A DNA stretch of 64,000 nt from the NCBI GenBank assembly GCA_965263035.1, contig OZ253580.1, positions 4,320,001-4,384,000 of the forward strand. Reading direction: 5' to 3'. Under the pieces are notes generated by a model that was given only the letters and a program-made list of their open reading frames with translations, was not told where the DNA came from and made no database searches. This stretch comes from Acidobacteriota bacterium (GTDB taxonomy: Bacteria > Acidobacteriota > UBA6911 > RPQK01 > JAJDTT01). Positions 59,176 through 64,000 of this stretch are shown piece by piece. Each line of letters begins with the position of its first letter. The stretch's first letter is position 1. Made by a program: the position numbers and the translations under genes.

Positions 59176-60879
59176 ATGCACTGGTCTCGCTTCTTCGCCC
59201 CCACTCTGAAGGAGATTCCTGCGGAGGCGGAGGTCCCTTCCCATCGGCTTCTGCTGCGCGCCGCCTTTGTCCGCCAGTTGGGTTCAGGGATCTATTCCTT
59301 TCTTCCCCTGGCGAGACGAACCTTGGGGAAAATCGAGGCCATTATCCGCCGCGAGATGGACGCCATCGGCGCTCAGGAATTCATATTGCCGGCCCTGCAC
59401 CCGGCCGAGCCTTGGAGGGAATCGGGCCGCTGGGAAGCCATGGGGGAAGAGATGTTCCGGCTCAAGGATCGCTCCGATCGGGACATGTGCCTCGGGATGA
59501 CCCATGAGGAGATCTTCACCACCATCGCTCGTGACGAGATCAGGTCCTACCGTGAACTGCCCCAGATCTGGTATCAGATCCAGCTCAAGTTCCGGGATGA
59601 ACCCCGCCCCAAGTCCGGCCTGCTGCGGGTGCGCCACTTTCACATGAAGGATTCCTACAGCTTCGACCTCGACGCCGAAGGATTGGACCGCAGCTACCGG
59701 CTTCACGAGCAGGCCTACCGCAAGATCTTCGATCGCTGCGGTCTCCAGTACCTGGTGGTCGAGGCAGACTCGGGAGCCATGGGAGGTAGCGTCTCGCACG
59801 AGTTCATGGTCCGGACCGATGCCGGAGAGGATCATGTCGTGACGTGTGCCTGCGGGTATGCGTCCAACCTGGATCGGGCCGAATCGGCATTGGCGGTGCA
59901 GGAAGACGAGGCGGCGGACCTTCCACCCCGGAAGGTGCATACGCCCGGTCGGAAGACGATTCAGGAGGTGAGCGACTTTCTGGACGTCCCCCGGTCCCGG
60001 CAGATCAAATCGCTGGTCTACGTGGTGCGAGAGACTCCTTGGCTGTTGTTGCTTCGGGGCGACCACCAGCTCAATGAACTCAAGCTGAGTCGGGTGGCCG
60101 GCACCGGCGACCTCCGAATGGCCCGGCCCGAAGAGATCAGGGCCCTATTCGGAGCCGACGCGGGCAGTCTGGGACCGGTGGGGGCCGGCTTCGCCAAGGT
60201 GGTGGCCGATCTGGGGCTGGAGGGACGGCGGAACCTGGTCTGTGGCGCCAATCAGGACGACTATCATCTGATCCATGTCACTCCGGGAAGGGATTTTCAG
60301 GCGAACTACCAGGACCTGCGCCTGATCGAGCAGGGGGACCCGTGTCTGGAATGCGGGCAGCCCTTGCAGCTGGAGAAGACACTGGAAATCGGCCATATCT
60401 TCAAGCTGGGGTACAAGTACAGCGAGTCCATGAGGGCCCGGGTGCTGGACCGGCAAGGGAAGGAGCGGCCCTGGATCATGGGCAGCTACGGAATCGGTCT
60501 GGAGCGGATCATGGCTGCCGCGGTGGAGCTGTACCACGACGAGTACGGTATCGTCTGGCCCCGGGCGTTGGCGCCGTTCCAGGTCGTGGTCACGATCGTG
60601 CGGGTGGATGACCGGAACCAGGTCGCCGCCGCCCGTGAGATCTACCGGACCCTCTGGGACAGGGGCATTGACTGTCTTCTGGATGACCGGGACGAGCGGC
60701 TCGGCTTCAAGTTCAAGGACGCCGAACTCATCGGAGTCCCGATTCGAATCACCGTCGGCCGCGCCCTCCGCCAAGGACGGGTCGAGATCTTCTCCCGCAA
60801 GGATCGCAGCAAGAGCGAGGTCCCTCTGGGCACAGCCGTCCAGACCGTCCTTGAGATGCTCCGCGCCTATCCCATCTGA
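59176..60879 (+). CDS. proS: Proline--tRNA ligase
   Basis: LGMTHEE, KFRDEPRP, MKDSYSF, insertion editing domain, GHIFKLG, GSYGIG. Confidence 0.97.
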   Translation: MHWSRFFAPTLKEIPAEAEVPSHRLLLRAAFVRQLGSGIYSFLPLARRTLGKIEAIIRREMDAIGAQEFILPALHPAEPWRESGRWEAMGEEMFRLKDRSDRDMCLGMTHEEIFTTIARDEIRSYRELPQIWYQIQLKFRDEPRPKSGLLRVRHFHMKDSYSFDLDAEGLDRSYRLHEQAYRKIFDRCGLQYLVVEADSGAMGGSVSHEFMVRTDAGEDHVVTCACGYASNLDRAESALAVQEDEAADLPPRKVHTPGRKTIQEVSDFLDVPRSRQIKSLVYVVRETPWLLLLRGDHQLNELKLSRVAGTGDLRMARPEEIRALFGADAGSLGPVGAGFAKVVADLGLEGRRNLVCGANQDDYHLIHVTPGRDFQANYQDLRLIEQGDPCLECGQPLQLEKTLEIGHIFKLGYKYSESMRARVLDRQGKERPWIMGSYGIGLERIMAAAVELYHDEYGIVWPRALAPFQVVVTIVRVDDRNQVAAAREIYRTLWDRGIDCLLDDRDERLGFKFKDAELIGVPIRITVGRALRQGRVEIFSRKDRSKSEVPLGTAVQTVLEMLRAYPI

Positions 60880-60972
60880 TTTCCCGGCTCGATCCCGCCT
60901 TTCCGGCGGTCCGATACTTCGCGTAAGGGCCAGAAACCACGGGAGTTGCTCCGAATATCGGCTCCCTTTCGC

Positions 60973-61100
60973 CCCACCATCAAAACCCCACTCCCGCCCA
61001 CCGCGAAACCGTCGCCGTCTTTTCAAAAATTTCTTGACACTCGGCCTCTGATAGGAATATTGTGGTTCAAATCAGATCAAAAAGGGATAAATAGGACTAA
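60973..61100 (+). promoter_or_regulatory. mraZ/dcw promoter with putative MraZ boxes
   Basis: TTGACA (61034)-18 bp-TATTGT; three CCCAC (GTGGG on minus) repeats upstream; 10-nt periodic repeats downstream. Confidence 0.55.
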
Positions 61101-61119
61101 GCTACGTCGGATTGTCACT

Positions 61120-61560
61120 GTGTTCAGAGGAAACTTCCCCACCAAGATCGACGCTCAGGGACGCATCAAGATCCCGGCAGCATACCGGAGGATCATGGAG
61201 GAGAAGTACGGCACTGAACTTTATGTGACCAGCACTACGGGCAAATACGTCCTGATCTATCCCCTCAGCGAATGGGAGCAGATCGAGAGCAAGCTGCTGG
61301 AGCCTCCCAAAATGCTGCCCGAGAAGATCAAGTTCCTGCGCAATACGAATTACTACGGCCAGATGGTCACCATGGACAAGCAGGGGAGAGCCTTGATCCC
61401 TCCCCATCTACGCGAACGAGCCGAAATCACCAACGGCGTCGCAGTCATGGGGTCCCTGACCTACCTGCAGCTGTGGAATCGGGAGCGCTTCGAGAGTCTG
61501 CTCGAATCCGATCCTTACACGCGAGAGGACGAGATCGCTCTGGCGGAATTGGGGCTGTGA
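61120..61560 (+). CDS. mraZ: Division/cell wall cluster transcriptional repressor MraZ
   Basis: FRG....IDAQGRIKIP, IYPLSEW, MDKQGRALIP. Confidence 0.93.
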   Translation: MFRGNFPTKIDAQGRIKIPAAYRRIMEEKYGTELYVTSTTGKYVLIYPLSEWEQIESKLLEPPKMLPEKIKFLRNTNYYGQMVTMDKQGRALIPPHLRERAEITNGVAVMGSLTYLQLWNRERFESLLESDPYTREDEIALAELGL

Positions 61561-61562
61561 CG

Positions 61563-62618
61563 ATGACGGCGACGGGGCGAGCCCACATTCCGGTCTTGTG
61601 CGAATCGGTTCTGGACCTGCTCCGGGTTCGGCCGCAAGGCGTTTACGTCGATTGTACCGTCGGTCCTGGAGGTCATTCCGGGGAAATCCTGAAGAGACTG
61701 GGAGAGGGACGTCTGGTGGTCCTGGATCTGGACGAAGACGCTCTCCGACTGGCAGCAAGGCGCCTCTCGGGATCGCTGGCCCGGTTGAGCCTGCACCGGG
61801 AGAACTTCAGGAATCTCCCACGGTTGCTCCGGAAGCTCCGGATTCGTCAGATCGACGGCTGTCTGGCCGATGTGGGGGTCTCATCACTCCAGCTGGATAT
61901 GGCGGAACGGGGGTTCAGCTTCATGCAGGAGGGCCCTCTGGACATGCGAATGGACCGCACTCAGACCGTTACAGCGGCGAATGTGGTCAATGAATCGTCT
62001 CCCGAACGTCTGGTGGAGATTCTGCGAGCCTACGGCGAGGTCACCGGGGCGGCAAGAGTGGTGGCGGCGCTGGTCGAGGAGCGCCACAGGAGGCGTTTCG
62101 AGACGACGACGGAGTTGGCTGCGGTGGTGGAGCGAGTCAAAGGTTGGCCCCGGGGGACTCGTCTCCACCCCGCTACCCAGGTCTTTCAGGCTCTTCGAAT
62201 CGAGGTCAATCAGGAATTGAAGAACCTGGAGGCATTCCTCCCCGGCGTTGTGGATTTTTTGCGGCCGGGAGGCCGGCTCGTGGTGTTGGCGTTTCACAGC
62301 CTTGAGGATCGATTGGTGAAGCGGGCTTTTGCCCGGGAATCAGGAAAATGCATCTGTTTTTTTCCCCGGGATCTGTGCGGATGCCCCCGCCGCCGCCGGG
62401 TTCGAATCCTGACCCGGAAACCGGTCCGGCCATCGGGAGATGAGATTCGAACCAACCCGCGCGCGCGAAGCGCCAAGCTCCGAGCCGTGGAACGGCTGAA
62501 CGCCTCGACCGGCGGTCACGGCGGCGGCGCCGGTTCCCGTGCGGAGCGTGGCCGGCAGGCGGTTGGATCCCGGTTGGGTGACGGAGCCGGGGCAGCGAAC
62601 AGAGGGCAAGACAGATGA
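61563..62618 (+). CDS. rsmH: 16S rRNA (cytosine(1402)-N4)-methyltransferase
   Basis: HIPVL, DCTVGPGGHS, GVSSLQLD...RGFSF, FHSLEDR, NPRARSAKLR. Confidence 0.96.
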   Translation: MTATGRAHIPVLCESVLDLLRVRPQGVYVDCTVGPGGHSGEILKRLGEGRLVVLDLDEDALRLAARRLSGSLARLSLHRENFRNLPRLLRKLRIRQIDGCLADVGVSSLQLDMAERGFSFMQEGPLDMRMDRTQTVTAANVVNESSPERLVEILRAYGEVTGAARVVAALVEERHRRRFETTTELAAVVERVKGWPRGTRLHPATQVFQALRIEVNQELKNLEAFLPGVVDFLRPGGRLVVLAFHSLEDRLVKRAFARESGKCICFFPRDLCGCPRRRRVRILTRKPVRPSGDEIRTNPRARSAKLRAVERLNASTGGHGGGAGSRAERGRQAVGSRLGDGAGAANRGQDR

Positions 62619-63013
62619 TGGATTGCTGTTATCAGAACTACCGTAACCGTCCGGTTCACGAAGTTTCCGGGGCGACCGGTTGGGAAATGCTGCGCTGGTT
62701 GTTGGCGGTTGGCTTGGTCGCGGCGTTGGTTCTGGGCTACGCGGGTCTGCGGATGGGGATCCTGGAGTCCCAGTACGAAGCAGCACGGCTGCGCAAGGAG
62801 AACACGGAGCTTCGCGAATTCAACGACGCGCTCCGAGTCGAGCATGCCACGCTCATCAACCCCGAGACCATCGATCGGCGTGCCTCGAGTCTGGGGCTCA
62901 TCGATTCCAGCACCGGGTCGGTCAGAATCATCGAAGGCAAATCTCGCCTCTCCGGGCCGGGAAGCGAGCTGGTAGCCGCGGCCCGCAGCCGTTTCGAGGC
63001 TTCGTCGGAATGA
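62615..63013 (+). CDS. ftsL: Cell division protein FtsL
   Basis: TM helix plus coiled coil; located between rsmH and ftsI. Confidence 0.8.
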   Translation: MMDCCYQNYRNRPVHEVSGATGWEMLRWLLAVGLVAALVLGYAGLRMGILESQYEAARLRKENTELREFNDALRVEHATLINPETIDRRASSLGLIDSSTGSVRIIEGKSRLSGPGSELVAAARSRFEASSE

Positions 63014-64000
63014 ATGAGGATTCCCACGACCGGAACCATACCCTGAGCCCAAGACGGGTAATCCTATTCTACATTCTCGTCCTGGCCTCGGTCGCGGGTC
63101 TTGTGGTCCGCCTGGTGGACCTGCAGGTCTTGAATCGGGACCACTACCGCCTACTGGCGCAGGCCCAGAGCGAGGGTCACGTTTACGTCAGGTTCAAGCG
63201 GGGCGAGATTCTGGACCGGAATCTTCGGGAACTGGCCGTAAGTGTCGAGAGTGGCTCGGTCGGGAGTCACGCCGGGCAGGTTCCGGATCCCGGCAAGGCT
63301 GCCAAGGCCCTGGCTCCATTCCTGCCTCTGAGCCGAGAGGAGATCCAAGAGACGCTCGTTTCCAGCTCCAGCTTCACCTACCTGGCCAGAAAGATCCCAC
63401 CGCACCAGGTCACGACCGTCAACGCGCTGAAGCTCAAGGGCATCCAGGTGGACTGGGACATGAAGCGAACCTACCCCCAATGGGAACTGGCGGCTCACGT
63501 CCTGGGATTCGTGGGGGTGGAAAACGAAGGTCTGGGCGGGATCGAATATCTTTATGACGGAGTGATGCGGGGCGAGACGACTCGCGTCAATCTCAAGGTG
63601 GACGGCCGGCGGCATGTCTACAACCGTGAATCCTCGGGCACCGGTTCCGGAGGAAACATCCTGGTCCTCAATCTGGACGAGTCCATCCAGTATTCGGTGG
63701 AGCAGATCCTGGGGGATACGATACGCGAATTCAAAGCGGCGTCGGGGTCGGCCATCGTCATGGACGTTCACACCGGCGAAATCCTGGCCCTGGCCTCCCA
63801 TCCAACCTACAACCCCAACGACTACACCAGCTACGGCCCCGAAGAAAAACGAAACCGTGCCATCCTCGACATCTATGAACCGGGGTCGACCTTCAAGCTG
63901 GTGACGCTGTCAGCCGCCCTGGAGGAGGGGCGCGTCCAATCGGGAGAACTGGTTGACTGCCGGGTCGGAACGGTGCGCTTGGGCCGCAAGGTCTACCGGG
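63010..64000 (+). CDS. ftsI: Penicillin-binding protein FtsI (partial, runs off window)
   Basis: RGEILDRN, GLGGIEY, TGEILALA, YEPGSTFK (SxxK). Confidence 0.92.
   Translation, partial: MNEDSHDRNHTLSPRRVILFYILVLASVAGLVVRLVDLQVLNRDHYRLLAQAQSEGHVYVRFKRGEILDRNLRELAVSVESGSVGSHAGQVPDPGKAAKALAPFLPLSREEIQETLVSSSSFTYLARKIPPHQVTTVNALKLKGIQVDWDMKRTYPQWELAAHVLGFVGVENEGLGGIEYLYDGVMRGETTRVNLKVDGRRHVYNRESSGTGSGGNILVLNLDESIQYSVEQILGDTIREFKAASGSAIVMDVHTGEILALASHPTYNPNDYTSYGPEEKRNRAILDIYEPGSTFKLVTLSAALEEGRVQSGELVDCRVGTVRLGRKVYR

Noticed and set aside
62399-62409. GGTTCGAATCC tRNA T-loop motif
   Set aside because: Lies inside the rsmH coding sequence with no cloverleaf around it
1-64000. CRISPR array, rRNA, intact prophage or autonomous IS
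   Set aside because: No regularly spaced repeats, rRNA signatures, phage structural genes, integrase or transposase ORFs were seen

Overview
GC-rich bacterial chromosomal window, probably Acidobacteriota (inference from the GWxTD protein, CRTAC1/ASPIC-UnbV and TPR genes, DUF1592/DUF1552 pair, many Gfo/Idh/MocA oxidoreductases). About 1-50 kb is an accessory catabolic/secreted-protein region: a tandem pair of GH-like TIM-barrel paralogs, tandem Kelch proteins, NHL and FN3/F5-8 proteins, dehydrogenases and several pseudogenes or frameshifts. About 50-64 kb is housekeeping: nadK, DinG helicase, glyA, rpiB, proS and the dcw start mraZ-rsmH-ftsL-ftsI. The most notable element is a complete-looking, ORF-less 630-nt class IIC group II intron (13395-14024). 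It sits exactly at the foot of a REP-like hairpin, its EBS1 matches that site, and unoccupied copies of the same target occur at ~3.9 kb. There are also two MITE families (four 159-bp copies; two ~160-bp copies plus remnants), one stacked pair of which interrupts a signal-peptide coding sequence, an inverted heptamer-repeat cassette, and a broken HTH-S24 repressor with a perfect operator-like inverted repeat ahead of a DUF488 gene. No rRNA, canonical tRNA or CRISPR array was seen. Family calls rest on motifs recognised by eye, not on database searches.
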